A DNA stretch of 64,000 nucleotides from positions 97,650,001-97,714,000 of the forward strand of contig NC_042997.1 of assembly GCF_006345805.1 (NCBI RefSeq), read 5' to 3'. The notes under the pieces are model-generated. The model saw only the letters and a program-made list of their open reading frames with translations, did not search any database and was not told the DNA's origin. Source of the stretch: Octopus sinensis (lineage: Eukaryota). This document shows, piece after piece, positions 37,288 to 50,200 of this stretch. Every line of letters starts with the position of its first letter. The stretch's first letter is position 1. The translations under genes and the position numbers were made by a program.

Positions 37288-39943
37288 TCTTAATATAAAA
37301 GTGAGGTTGTGTGTCTGTTCTCCTACGATTTAGATTCCTAACTAACTACTCCCACATTTTGCGGTGCAGTTTAACCAAAATCGGGTATTTATAGTCGTGA
37401 TTCATATCGAGACCGTCTGGGTATTAGCGCGCGTCTACGATGAGTCTACGATTTAAAAAAAATTTACCATCAATTTTTCCCATTTTTAATCATTTTTTGA
37501 CATATATAAGGGAAGTAACTCCTAAAATTTATTATTAAATCTCAGAACGTAAAAAGCTACAGTACACACCTCCCCCTTTGTGGTTAGCATATTGAGATGG
37601 CTATTATACTTTACATCTCTAAAATGCTTATATAATTATTTCCTTACAAACCCGAGCAACGCGGGCGATACTGCTAGTCTTATTATAAAAGGGCAGATTT
37701 TATCTGCCTCCTTTGGGAGTTATAGAAATCTACAATATAGGATTTCTTCAATTACAATTTACTTAGCAGTTTTAAGAGTACAATGCATCGCGTCATGCCA
37801 GGTCCAGTTTTTAAAATTTAAACTCCAATTAAGCAAAATTTACAGAAAACTCACATTCTGGTGTGTGTGTCAAATGCTTTTCTTAGTCTGGTTTACACCA
37901 CACGCAAACGCACACCACACAAAAGGGAGCGAATTGTTTCACTCACGCTATCACCCTTCTCCTCCTTTGTCTTTGCAAGTTTGCAGCTATTAAAGTGAAA
38001 ACAGTGAATCCGACAGCGATAAAGAAAACGAATTGGCACCTGAATGGAGTGAAATTTAAAAACTGTTTCTTTTTCGGTGAGTTTTCTGAAGAACTGACAA
38101 GCCACAGACTTTCCCAGAATAGAGCCTTAGACTATTCTATTTACTTTTTCGAATGAGCCTATTTGAAATCATTACGCTAACGTAAACAAACCGAAAGAAA
38201 GGATAGTTTGTTTTTTCCCACAATCTTAAATGAAATTAAGGCCTATTTTGCATAAATATTATTATGGGTATCAGAAAGTTACCCAGAATAACAAATTCTA
38301 TCGTAAAATTTTGTTGTATACCCAATTGAATATTAGCTAATAACCCTTTTCTATAGCGATGCTTGAACAAATTTTTAATAATTTTACAGAAAGTTACCCG
38401 AATAACACGAGCCCTTCTGGGTATTAGCGCGCGTCTACGAAGTCTACTACGATTTAAAAAAAAATTACCATCATATTTTTTAATTTTTAATGCATTTTTT
38501 TCGCCTTTATATAAGGGAAGTAACTCTCTAAAATATCTACGATGTGTCAACGATTTAAAGAAAAATTTACCTTAATTTTTTTTCAATTTTTAATGCATTT
38601 TTTGCTACTTTTTGGCTATAACTCTCTAAAAATGCTTATATAGTTATTTCCCTTACAACCCGAGCACGCCGGGCGATACTGCTAGTCTTATATAAAAGGC
38701 AATGTTATCTGCCTCCCTTGGGAGTTATAGAAATCTACATATAGATTTCTTCAATACAATTTACCTAGCAATTTTAAGAGTACAAGCATCGCGTCATGCC
38801 AGGTCCAGTTTTTTTTAAATTAAACTCCAATTAAGCAAATTTACAGAAAACTCACATTCTGGTGTGTGTGTCAAACGCTTTTCTTAGTCTGGTTTACACC
38901 ACACGCAAACGCACACACACACAAAGGGAGCGAATTGTTTCACTGACGCTATCACCCTTCTCCTCCTTTGTCTTTGCAAGTTTGCAGCTATTAAAGTGAA
39001 AACAGTGAATCCGACAGCGATTAAGAACACGAATTAGCACTGAATGGAGTGAAAATTTAAAAAACTGTTTCTTTCGGTGATTTTCTGAAGAAACTGCACC
39101 AAGCCACAGACTTTCCCAGAAGAGTAAAGCCTTACACTATTTCTATTTACTTTTTCGAATGAGCCCATTTGAAATCATTACGGCAGAAACGAAACTGTTA
39201 CGCTAAACGTAAACAAAACGAACGAAACGATAGTTTGTTATTTCCCACAACCTTAAATGAAATTAAGGCCTATTTTACCATAATATATTATGGGTATCAG
39301 AAAGTTACCAGAATAAACAAATTCTATCGTAAATTTTTGTTGTATACCCAATTGAATATTAGCTAATAACCCATTTTCTATAGCGATGTTTGAACAAAAT
39401 TTTAATAATTTAGACAGAAAGTTACCCAGAAATAACAAATTCTATCGTAAATTTTTGTTGTATACCCCATTGATATTAGCTAATAACCCTTTTCTATAGC
39501 GATGTTTGAACAAATTTTAATAATTTACAGAATGTTACCCAGAATAACAAATTCTATCGTAAAATTTTGTTGTATACCCAATTGAATATTAGCTAATAAC
39601 CCATTTCTATAGCGATGTTTGAACAAATTTTTAATAATTTTACAGAAAGTTACCCAGAATAACAAACGAGCCTTCAGGGTATTAGCGCGCGTCTACGATG
39701 AGTCTACGATTTAAAAAAAAATTACGATCATATTTTTCTTTTAATGCATTTTTTTCGCTTTATATAAGGGAAGTACTCTCCTAAAATATCTACGATGTGT
39801 CAACGATTTAAAGAAAATTTACCTTAATTTTTTTTCATTTTTTAATAATGCATTTTTTTTGCTATTTTTTGGCTATAACTCTCTAAAAATGCTTTATAGT
39901 TATTTCCCTTACAAACCCGAGCAACGGCCGGCGATACTGCTAG
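37288..39943 (+). mobile_element. Head-to-tail array of three non-autonomous Helitron-type elements (37288-37677, 37678-38685, 38686-39943)
   Basis: Each starts TC and ends with a CCCGAGCAACG(C)CGGG hairpin + CGATACTG + CTAG; CTAG|TC junctions at 37677/37678 and 38685/38686; array sits between A and T. Confidence 0.85.
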
Positions 39944-39944
39944 T

Positions 39945-40105
39945 ATATATATATATAATAATATATATATATATATATATATGTACATGTATGTATTTGT
40001 ATGTAGGTGTACATGTATGTATGTGTGTGTATTTATATTTATGGGTGTATATGTATAGACTAGCCTTCTAAGAGTGTAGACATGAATCTGTAGGTACGCG
40101 TATAT

Positions 40106-40162
<57 letters not shown>

Positions 40163-40995
40163 TGTACATGTATGTATTTGTATGTAGTGTACATGTGTGT
40201 GTGTGGTATTTATATTTATTGGTGTATATGTATAGACTATACTTCTAAGAGTGTAGACATGAATCTGTAGGTACGCGTACGTATGTGTATATACGTGAAT
40301 GTATGTAGATGTTGTATGTATGAATATAACGCGTGCGTGCGTGTATGCGTATGAGTGTACGAATGAGTGAGTGTACGTGCTAAAGAGTGTGCGTGGTGAA
40401 TGAGTAATTGTTTTCCAGTAGACGGATAAATGGTCTGGCTGTCATAGCCAAGATGTTTGTGACCAAGCGGCCAAAGATAACAAAAGTAATAAACGAAGTA
40501 ATAAAATAAAATGGGAATGGGTCTGTATTTGTAATGTATATATATATGTGTGTATGTGTAGGTATGCATGGGTACACATATGTATATATATGTGTATATA
40601 TATTATATATATATGTGTATGTATATATATGTGATATGTATGTGTATGTATGTATATATATGTGTATGTGTGGGTGTATATATATGTGCGTATGTGTAAT
40701 ATATGTGTATATAGGGACTAGTGTGCTGTGTGTGCATGTGGTGTATGGATTTGTGTGTGTAATCGTGTATGTGAGTATGTGTGTGTATGTGTATATATAT
40801 TTTTCTGTGTGTATATGTATGTGTGGTCGTGTGTGTATATATACATGTGTGTATACGTGTATGCAAGTGAGTGTGTGTATGTATACATATATTGTGTATG
40901 TGTAGATATGTATATGTATGTTGTGAGTTATAATATGTGTGTATGTGTAGAGGTATAAGTGAGAATCTCCTTATTTACCTAAAACTCTATTCCCC

Positions 40996-41056
<61 letters not shown>

Positions 41057-41525
41057 ATTTTATTTTTATTTTTTTTTATATTTTTTTTTTATATTTTTTA
41101 TATTTTTTATTTTCTATTTTCTATTTTTTTTTTTACTTTTATGTTTTATTTTATTTTTATTTTTTATATTTTTTATTTTTTATTTTTTATTTTTTATTTT
41201 TTATTTTTTATTTTTATTTATTCTCCTATCTAATTTACACTGACTCCTTGACCACTCCCCCAAGTATGATTTTTTGCGCTATGCCTACCCCCAAAAAGTC
41301 CCCCACCAACACCCCTTTAAACCTGCCTAAATGTATATGCCAATACAATTCTTGTTACTAGCTTCCTGAAGATTTCTCCGTGAATGAAACAGTTCTAGTC
41401 CTGTAGAAGCTCCTTCTATATAATAATTAATTTTACTCTGCTATGTTATTGAGTACCTTATTTACTGTGGTTAACCCCGAATCAACCCGGGACCTACATT
41501 ATATATGCTATTATATACATACTAT

Positions 41526-41576
<51 letters not shown>

Positions 41577-41730
41577 ATACATATATATATACATATATAT
41601 ACATACATATACATATGTATGTATCTATGTATATATATATACATATATATATGTGTGTGTGTGTATGTTATAAACTTACTTGGAAATGGATGCGTGGCAT
41701 TCAATCAATAATAATATAAATTATAATATA
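39945..41730 (-). repeat. Right arm of the ~1.75-kb inverted duplication
   Basis: Reverse complement of 32580-34335 with many single-base indels. Confidence 0.85.
41360..41411 (+). ncRNA. Type I hammerhead-like motif (duplicate of 32868-32918)
   Basis: AGCUUC-CUGAAGA-UUUCUCCGUGAAU-GAAA-CAG-UUCUAGUC-CUG-UA-GAAGCU. Confidence 0.5.
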
Positions 41731-41852
41731 CATGCATATATATATAAAAATATGCATATATATTTTTATATTATTTGATTGAATGCCACGCATCCATTTC
41801 CAAGTAAGTTTTAACACACACACACACACATACATATATATATATATGTATG

Positions 41853-41898
<46 letters not shown>

Positions 41899-42029
41899 AT
41901 ATATGTGTACGTATTATATATATATATATATATATATAATAATATATATCTATATATATATATATATAATATATATATATATATGGCATATAGATATGTA
42001 TGCATATTATATACAACGTCTGTCTGTCG

Positions 42030-42095
<66 letters not shown>

Positions 42096-42105
42096 CATAT
42101 GTATA

Positions 42106-43010
42106 TTGGGTCATCCCATAAATAAGACGGTTTTTTTAAATACTTCTTTTACTTTACAAAATTAAGATAAAGTTCTTTTTATCTAAAATATACTCTCCAT
42201 TCTCTACAATGCTCTTCTATCTATCGGGTAGACTTGCCCGACCCTTCTTCCAAAATTCACTTGTCTGTAACGAAAATACTCCTCTAGTGCTGTTCTGATC
42301 TCGTCCACAGAATTTTTACCGTCTAAATTATTTTGAAGACTGCAGAATAAATGATAATCAGATGAGGCAATGTCCGGCGAATATGGTGGGTGGAGCATCG
42401 TTTCCCATTCAAATTGCTCCAGCCTTTGGAATGTCATCCTCGCTGTATGTGGCCGAGCATTATTCTGATGGAAGAACACCTTTCGTCTTGAAACTAAAGA
42501 TAGTCGATTTTCTTCTTCGTTTTTCTTGACTTAAGTCGCTCAAGCAGCTCGCAGTAGATCTCCTTTGTTACCGTTTGGTTTGGGCTTAAAAGTTCAAAGT
42601 GAGCTAAACCTTCCGTATCCCACCAAACAGATAACAACACTTATGTGGGTGAAGACCTTTGTAGCCTGGAGGGGGAGCAGTGTTTCTCCTTTCACTACCC
42701 ACTGTCTTCGGCGCATGACATTTTTATAGAGAATCCATTTCTCGTCACCAGTCACTTTCCGTTGCATTGTTGCCTTTATTGAATTCATAAAGCAAAATAT
42801 ACCGAATATGCTCCTTTCTCACTTCCAATATAGCTTTGAAAAAATAACTGCTAACATCGAACTTCACTCTTCAAAAGTTGCACTAAAAATAAGTACAAGT
42901 TATAATGACTATCTGCTTTTATAGCAAGTTGATGCAGGTAGTTTATCCCGACCCCGTCCGACTTTTAGTTCATGTAATTGAAAAACTGCATTATTTATGG
43001 GATGACCTAA
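42106..43010 (-). mobile_element. Internally deleted mariner (cecropia/Hsmar1-like), 905 bp
   Basis: ~30-bp TIRs TT(A/G)GGTCATCCCATAAATAA; TA at 42104-42105 and 43011-43012. Confidence 0.92.
42170..42830 (-). pseudogene. Mariner transposase pseudogene
   Basis: EVRKEHIRYILLYEFNKGNNA|deletion|TGDEKWILYKN...FHQNNARPH...HPPYSPDIASSDYHLF. Confidence 0.9.
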
Positions 43011-43030
43011 TATAAACATATATGCGTGTT

Positions 43031-43086
<56 letters not shown>

Positions 43087-43099
43087 AACATATATATAT

Positions 43100-43999
43100 A
43101 TATAGGGAGAATTCGCAAAAAAAAAAAGACGAAGACAGGTGGTGTAGACAACAAATAGATGTATTAGTATAACGCTCGGGAAGTGAAAAAGAGTTTAACG
43201 TTTCGAGCCTACGCTCTTCTGCAGAAAGGAACACAGGAAGCCACAAGGAGAGAAAATAAAGCAAGTGTAGTGGCTAGCGATCTATGGATACTTACATGTA
43301 TGGATATGTATGTATATATGCATCTGCATATATTTACTATATACCTATTGGCTAGCACGATGCTAGTATGTACATGTGCTTCTTTGTGTGCGTGTGTGTT
43401 TGTGTTGTGTGTGAGTGTGTGGGCGTGTGTGTGTGTATGTGCGTGTGTATGTATGCGTGTGTGAGTGCGTGCGTGTGTGTATGTGTGAGTGTGTGTTTGA
43501 AAAGTATGAATGTCACAAAGCTCCTTCATTCACTCCTCCATCCTTTCACCGCCACCTCCTGCACCACCTCCAGCAGCAACACGACCAGCACCATCAGCTC
43601 TAGCAGCAGCACCACCACCACCACCTCGCCAGTATGAAGGAAATGCCAATCAGGCTCTCATGTCCTAAACAGTTAAAAAATCTACTTCAAGTTGTGCTAT
43701 GAAGTTTAGGCATGACCTGGTTCAATAGCGACCAAAACCCATCTATATTATCTGTATTTTATACATGCCTAATAGCCGCTTATTCGTTCTCGAAAGCAAA
43801 CATCGCTTGAAGCATTTCAGAATCGATCTCATGTGTAAGAATTACGGCTGTGACTCTTCAGGCCGGCAAGTGACCTACACTCACCGGTACAGATGTTACG
43901 ACATGATTGTTCTCAATAAAAGAATCCACTCGCTGGTTATTTTGCACTCTCATGTGTCATTCAAGGCCCCAGCTGGCAACATACATACATACTACATAC

Positions 44000-44035
<36 letters not shown>

Positions 44036-44188
44036 CTCACAGTTGCAAAATAATGTGAGAAAATAGTATTTTATTGTAGCTGAAAAAGTAGGTGAACTCC
44101 TCTGTGTGTGTGTGTGTCTCTCTGTCTCTCTCTGTCTCATCTGTCTCTCTCTCACTCTCTCCTCTCTCTCTCTCTCTCTCTCTTCTCT

Positions 44189-44253
<65 letters not shown>

Positions 44254-44440
44254 ATATATATTTATGTCTGAGAGTTTCGGTGTTGGCACTTACATATATA
44301 TATATTATAAATGCTGTTTTTCTCTCCTTTTTTTCTCTCCTTGTTTTTTCTGTGTCCCTTTCTGCAGAAGAGCGTAGGCTCGAAACTAAAAGACTTTTTC
44401 TATTCCTGAGCGTTATAACTAACTCTCCCTATAACTCTCC
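43100..44440. mobile_element. Inverted pair of Penelope-like terminal repeats (43100-43265 minus, 44310-44440 plus) around microsatellite-rich DNA
   Basis: cctttctgcagaagagcgtaggctcgaaac(g)t..aa..cttttt on opposite strands, both followed by ctccctata. Confidence 0.55.
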
Positions 44441-44570
44441 CTATATATATATATCTATATATACATACACACACACACACACACACACACATAAATATAT
44501 ATTTCGGTGCGAATGAGTTTTTTTATACGGCACCGAGTTTACAATCTTGTAAATAATAATAATAATGGTA

Positions 44571-44928
44571 TTTTTATATAAGCTTAAAGCTTATGGCGAT
44601 CACTATACAATGACTAAGGAAAATAGTCTAATAAAGGGGCATATAACCACTCGACAGATAAAAGAAGGCTTTGCTATCCGCGTGAGAGTCGAAACCACAT
44701 CCCTTTGTTAACGCGACATAGCTCTTAAATTTTGACAGAAATGGGGATGCTGATTCGCTGGTGTAAAGGTAACACACTTAGTCGCGTTAAAAAAAGGATG
44801 TAGTTTCGACTCCCTCGTGGATAGGAAAACCTTCTTTTTTTCTGTCGGGGGCTTATATGCCCCTTTATTAAACTATTTTCCTATGTCATTGCGCGGTGAT
44901 CGCCATAAGCTGTAAGCTTATATAAAAA
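44571..44928. mobile_element. Palindromic MITE (~360 bp, ~150-bp arms)
   Basis: tttttatataagctta.agcttatggcgatcac...ggaaaatagt.taataaaggggcatataa...gagtcgaaac.acatcc...ttaacgcgac on both strands. Confidence 0.85.
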
Positions 44929-45544
44929 TGTATTCTTCACATTCAATCGATTTCTTATATCTGACTTTTTATACGAACTAACTAATGTATAATCCCAGTC
45001 CCTAAATGTTTTTGCTTTGTCCTTGTGATGTCCTCTCTATGTGAGCCATATATTGGCAATAAAGAAATTAGTGAACAGAGACCAACTAGAGTCATGGTCA
45101 CAAGCAGGCAGCCACTAAAGACAAACGGCCAAAAGGAGAAAGAAGGTTACATCCAACCAACTATGAGACACAACATCCCTTGACTCCATAACCTTCTCTA
45201 GCTCAGTTTCTTTTCTCTTACAACATAATTCTATCATTATCTATGGATCACTACTACGAGAACGTGTACACATATACCGGCCGAAACTGACTCTTTTTAC
45301 CTCGTATGTTTTTCCATTCACTAATTATACAAACCAACCCGTCATGGTTTTGGATATATACAAAGTAACGGTAAATAAATATTTCTTTACAACTCTGTTC
45401 ACTGTTCTTCTTCCATCTTGCACATCTGCAATAGCAACATCCGATACAATCGTAACTGCCGACTCCAACATATATCGTAATACAAACTGTTGCACTGGCA
45501 ACCAACACCTTACAACAACCGTTAAGCTCAACAACCATTAAGAT

Positions 45545-46060
45545 CAGAAGCCATGAGAGCCACTGCCTGGTACTGCATGAGGGCAAGGTTGTATGGTGGA
45601 CCCGTTTGAAAGGGCTAAGGTCAGACACTTTCCTCTTTGGCTCAGGCCTCATCAACTTTTTCAAGTTTCACTTGAAAAGGAAGATGAGAGTAGAGAGGGA
45701 AGTGCTGTCCAATAGCAAGTTTGCTGAAAGGTGGATAAATGTCGCAAGAATGGCTAGTATGAAAGGAGCCATTCTGAGGTTACACCTGTGATTTGAAAAG
45801 GTAATATAAAAGGAGAAAGGGGATCTCTACCCCCTTTTTGACCAGGCTCCCGTTGGCTTTTATGGGTTTTTCCACCAGGAACCTTTCGAAGCGCCCCCCC
45901 ATCCATTGGGAGTTTTTCGTTGTTATAATTTTTGATTGTTACACTGTTTTTACACGTTTTTTTTACAAACGGACAAAACCCTTTGTAACCTTTCGTCCTG
46001 TTTTGTCCCCTTTATGTAATAATTGATTTTTGTCAGCCCTTGTGGCCAATAAAAGAATTA
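45545..46060 (+). mobile_element. 3' fragment of a Tx1/L1-like LINE
   Basis: KVVWWTRLKGLRSDTFLFGSGLINFFKFHLKRKMRVERE, homologous to the ORF2 end at ~55220-55335; 3' end agcccttgtggccaataaaagaa followed by (ATT)n. Confidence 0.8.
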
Positions 46061-46103
<43 letters not shown>

Positions 46104-46269
46104 GTAGTAGTAGTTATTAGTAGTAGTAGTAGTAGTATAGTAGTATTAGTAGTAGTAGTAGTAGTAGTAGTAGTTGTTGTTGTTGTTGTTGCTGTTGTTG
46201 TTGCCGCGGCGGTTGTAGTAGTAGTAGTAAAAGTTATCTTTATATTCTGAATTATTATTTTAGTCAGAA

Positions 46270-47780
46270 GTTATTATTGAACCCTTTTGGGAATGTGTAC
46301 TTTTATCTTGGGTGAAACAACAAGGTCATTTCTTTTTAAAAAATTTCCTGTAATTTTACCGTAAAAACGGCTTCTTTTTACTTGGTTTCCGGTTCTAAGA
46401 AAAATTACCCTGAGCAAAGAAGTTACAAAAAATATTAATGAACACACGCAAATAAATGACAAAGAAAAAAATATTTTCACAAAAAATATAGCAATTAACA
46501 CATTTGACATTTTCACAAAAGAAGTCAACCCGTTTGTCAAAGACGACGACAACAGAAACAGACACTTCGTCAAATGTAGCAAAAAAACAACAAAATGCTA
46601 TCGTACACACAACATTATTTTGAACCAGAAAAGACAAAATATGGAACATTTGTAGATGGGGATCTTTCCTCACCAACAAAGGAAGAGCTGGAGATTGCCC
46701 TAGCAGATAGGTTAAGTGAAATCTATTAAGACAAGGAGGTTGTATGGCATTATATCTGTCCTTGTCAAATCAGAAGACGAAGCTAAACCAGAAGCCTAAA
46801 TTGTCTGAGACATACCTGCCCATAAATTAGCATTACTAGCCCCACAATATTTGGGCAGGAGAATTACAAAGTTTAAAGTTAGGCTCATTGGTAACGACGT
46901 CGACATCGGGTTCATAGTCACTTTCTTAAGTGGTCAGTGTTGATGTAACTTATAGAGAAACGTGGTCGGATGGGAGCTTCCATGGACGCACAAGTCCTTA
47001 CGACTTTGTCATACTACAAAATAGTACCAAAACTGTATCCTGTAGAAGATGCTGAAAGGAAAACATTAAAACTCAGTAACTAGGCAGAAAGCCTAGTTGC
47101 AAGACAAAGGTTTTTCCGCGCAGAAAGTCTAAAACAACAAAAACAACAAGAATGAAATATGGAGGTTGCTGTCTCTAAGGTGGTACTGGGCACCAGTCGA
47201 CAGGAACTGAGCCAGAAGACCCAGAAGTCCCGTTCTTCCAACCACAGCCATGAAAGAGAATGAGAGTTACTCACAGCAAGCAACAGTAAGAAATAAACGG
47301 CCGGGAAGCACTCCATCACAGCAATTCACATATAAAAATGAGAAACAGACGGTAGCTGAAAGGGGTAGGCAGATTATTCTTGTAAACATTCGAAAAAAGC
47401 ATTAAAAAGCGTGCAGAGAGGTACATTTCCAGTGAAGAGGAAACACTCTTCACCGAAGAACTCATCTTTGACAAGGAGCCCGTCTTCCATGAAAAAGAAC
47501 TAGTCTGATCCCTAAAGAAATGGAATTAAATTCACAGTTTATCGCAAGACTAACGAGGCCCTGATAAGACACTTATACAAAAAAAAAAAAAGGCCAGATA
47601 TTGAAGTATGGATGACCAGGAAGGAAGAGGGAGCACATTTCAAAAAGTATAAAAAGGAGAAAGTATAACTACAAATTTCCGAAAGATATTACAAAGTGTT
47701 ATATGTTACCAATTCGAAAGAAGTGGGTTATTACTTGCCAGCTGCATTTCAAGAGCTTCTCACAAGATATCTTGAAATCA
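46270..47780 (+). pseudogene. Decayed Tx1/L1-like ORF1 region
   Basis: PTKEELEIALADRL..., KLALLAPQYLGRRITKFKV resembles LFPTYLGRRVAKIKI of the 51.7-kb ORF1; many stops and frameshifts. Confidence 0.5.
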
Positions 47781-47787
47781 CCAGTAA

Positions 47788-48079
47788 TCTATATATATAA
47801 AACTGAAGTTGTGTGAGTGTCTGTCTCCTACGATTTAGATTCCTAACTACTCCCACATTTTGCGGTGCAGTTTAACCAAAACCGGGTATCTTATAGTCGT
47901 GATTCATATCGAGCCCTTCTGGGTATTAGCGCGCGTCTACGATTAAAAAAAAAATTTACCATCATTTTTTTCCATTTTTAATGCATTTTTTTGCTATTAT
48001 ATAAGGGAAGTAACTCTCTAAAAATGCTTATATAGTTATTTCCCTTACAAACCCGATCAACGCCGGGCGATACTGCTAG
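47788..48079 (+). mobile_element. Non-autonomous Helitron-type element, 292 bp
   Basis: A|TCTATATATATAAAA start; CCCGATCAACGCCGGG hairpin and CTAG|T end; body shared with 37288-37677. Confidence 0.88.
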
Positions 48080-48654
48080 TGAACAATATACAAGTAATTT
48101 TGATAGCTCGAGAGGAGTTAAACCGTCGCTAGGTATAACTGACAATATGTTTCAGTTTATGACATTGATAATAGTTTTGTTACAAAATCAGTAATTTTGG
48201 TGAGAGGTAATTAGTTAATTCTATCGATTCCATTATTAGACGAGTACTTTATTTTATTGACTCCAGTGGCAAAGTTGATAATAGCAGGATTTGAACTCAG
48301 AGCGTAAAGAGCCAGAAGATGTCCGCAAGGTCACCTTCTGACGCTTCTAACCATTCTGCCAATCCACCACTCTGATGCGAATAAGATATGATGATATTTA
48401 AATGCTGTGTGACATCAAAGAGATTGATGATTATAATTTTTGTTGTTATTAGTTATGTTAAATCGATACTGCTTGATAAAAATATGCAAATACTTCCTTA
48501 TTCTAAATGCTTCCTAAATCGATCCATTTGTTGGGGGTTTTGGTCGCTCATTACATTGTGTAACACGATCTTTGTTCTTTGGTAACAACTGCTATTTCCT
48601 ATTTGTTTACTCCTGAAAAGTATAAAAAATGGCTAATATTTCCTACAAACTTTG

Positions 48655-49002
48655 CTTTTAAACGCCAAAGAATCCCTCTCAACACATGGCTATAATGCTC
48701 CCCCACTACTCCTACTCATGATCGGAGATGCACATATTGTCAGACACAAAAGGTCATGCTCAAACGGTTAAGGCCAAGCAACTGACAAACAAATTCTGTG
48801 GTTTTGAGCAGAATATTTGCTATAACGATATTTCTGCTTCAGCAACTCAACACTGAATCTGTCTGAATTGTAATGGAAAATAGGTCAGTTTCAAAACATT
48901 GACGTCCAGGTCACAAACGCAAAGTTTGAAGGGAATAGTAGTAATTTCCTTTGATTTCTAGACAGAAACAAATAGGAAATAACACTTACTGACCAAAGAC
49001 AA
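48655..49002 (-). repeat. Dispersed repeat family D, copy 2
   Basis: Reverse complement of 22945-23290. Confidence 0.85.
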
Positions 49003-49087
49003 ATAATAATAATAATAATAATAATATAATAATAATAATAATAATATAATAATAATAATATAATAATAATAATAATATAATAATAAT

Positions 49088-49440
49088 AGTGGGGGAGCAT
49101 CATATCCATGTGTTGAGAGGGTTTCTTTGGGGTTTGAATAATTCACCTCTGGAGACATGGGTGGTTTTTTCAACATCCTTAAACAACCCTTATTCAGGGA
49201 CCGTTTGAGCGGTATGGGCTACTCAACCTGAAGAAAATTCTAACTGGGTCCCACCTGCAAGGTCATGTGCAGTTTATCTTGATATGAGATCACCATGTCG
49301 CGCACATATGGTTGTGATGCATGTGCCTGGTGTGCCCTTATCAGACGGGTAGTCATGATGGGTATATTGGGCTTCGTATATTTTACCCCAGTGTCACTTT
49401 GATGGCATGAACTGCTCTCTCACTCAATAATAATAATAAT
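49088..49440 (+). mobile_element. SINE-like repeat between (AAT)n tracts
   Basis: Starts gggggagcatcatatccatgtgttgagagg (motif shared with family D); ends ctgctctctcactc-(AAT)n. Confidence 0.5.
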
Positions 49441-50200
49441 ATTAATAAAACTAATTTTGTTACGGTCGTTCATTATTAGTAGTCCATCGTTTTAATATAG
49501 ATTAAGAATGTAACATCATCTACAATAACACCAGCTCATCTGTATTTTCATTAGTCATCAACAATTACCGTTATGAATCCTAGCCAGCATTTTCATCATT
49601 ATTATCGTCGTTATTACATCTCTTTTAGAATCATTACTGCCATCTCTGCTATTGCCAAAGATAACAGCGTCATTACTAAGCATCATCCTCCAGAGCCAAC
49701 CATCATCGCCATGCCAATCGCTTCAGCAATCGACCTCCCCTTCTCCTCCTTCATCACATCATCATCATCATTCTCCTCATCGGTAGTAGTAGTAGTAGTG
49801 GCAGTAGTAGCAGCAGCAGCAGAAGCTACAGCAGCAGTAACTCCCTGGACACCATCACTCCATCATTCTTTTTCTTTCCTCCCTAAATCCCTCCCTCTCT
49901 CCTCCTCCCCTCCACCCCTATTTCTTCCTCCTCATCTTCTTCTTCTTGCCCCTCCCCCTCCTCCCCTTCTTCTTTTTCTTCTTCTTCCTCCTCCTCTCCC
50001 TCCTCCCCTTCTTCTTCCTCATCCTCCCCTTCTCCTCCCCTCCTCATCTTCCTCCTCCTCCATTCCCTCTCTTCCTTCCCTTCCTCCCCTTCCTCTCCCC
50101 TTTCCTCTACTCCCCCTCTTCTCCCCCCTCTTCTTCCCACCTTCCTCTCTTCTTCCCCTTCCTCCTCCTCCTCACCACCATCAGCACTATGAACATTACC

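Noticed and set aside
45254-45664. 136-aa minus-strand ORF as a host exon
   Set aside because: It is partly antisense to the LINE fragment and has no recognisable domain or convincing splice signals
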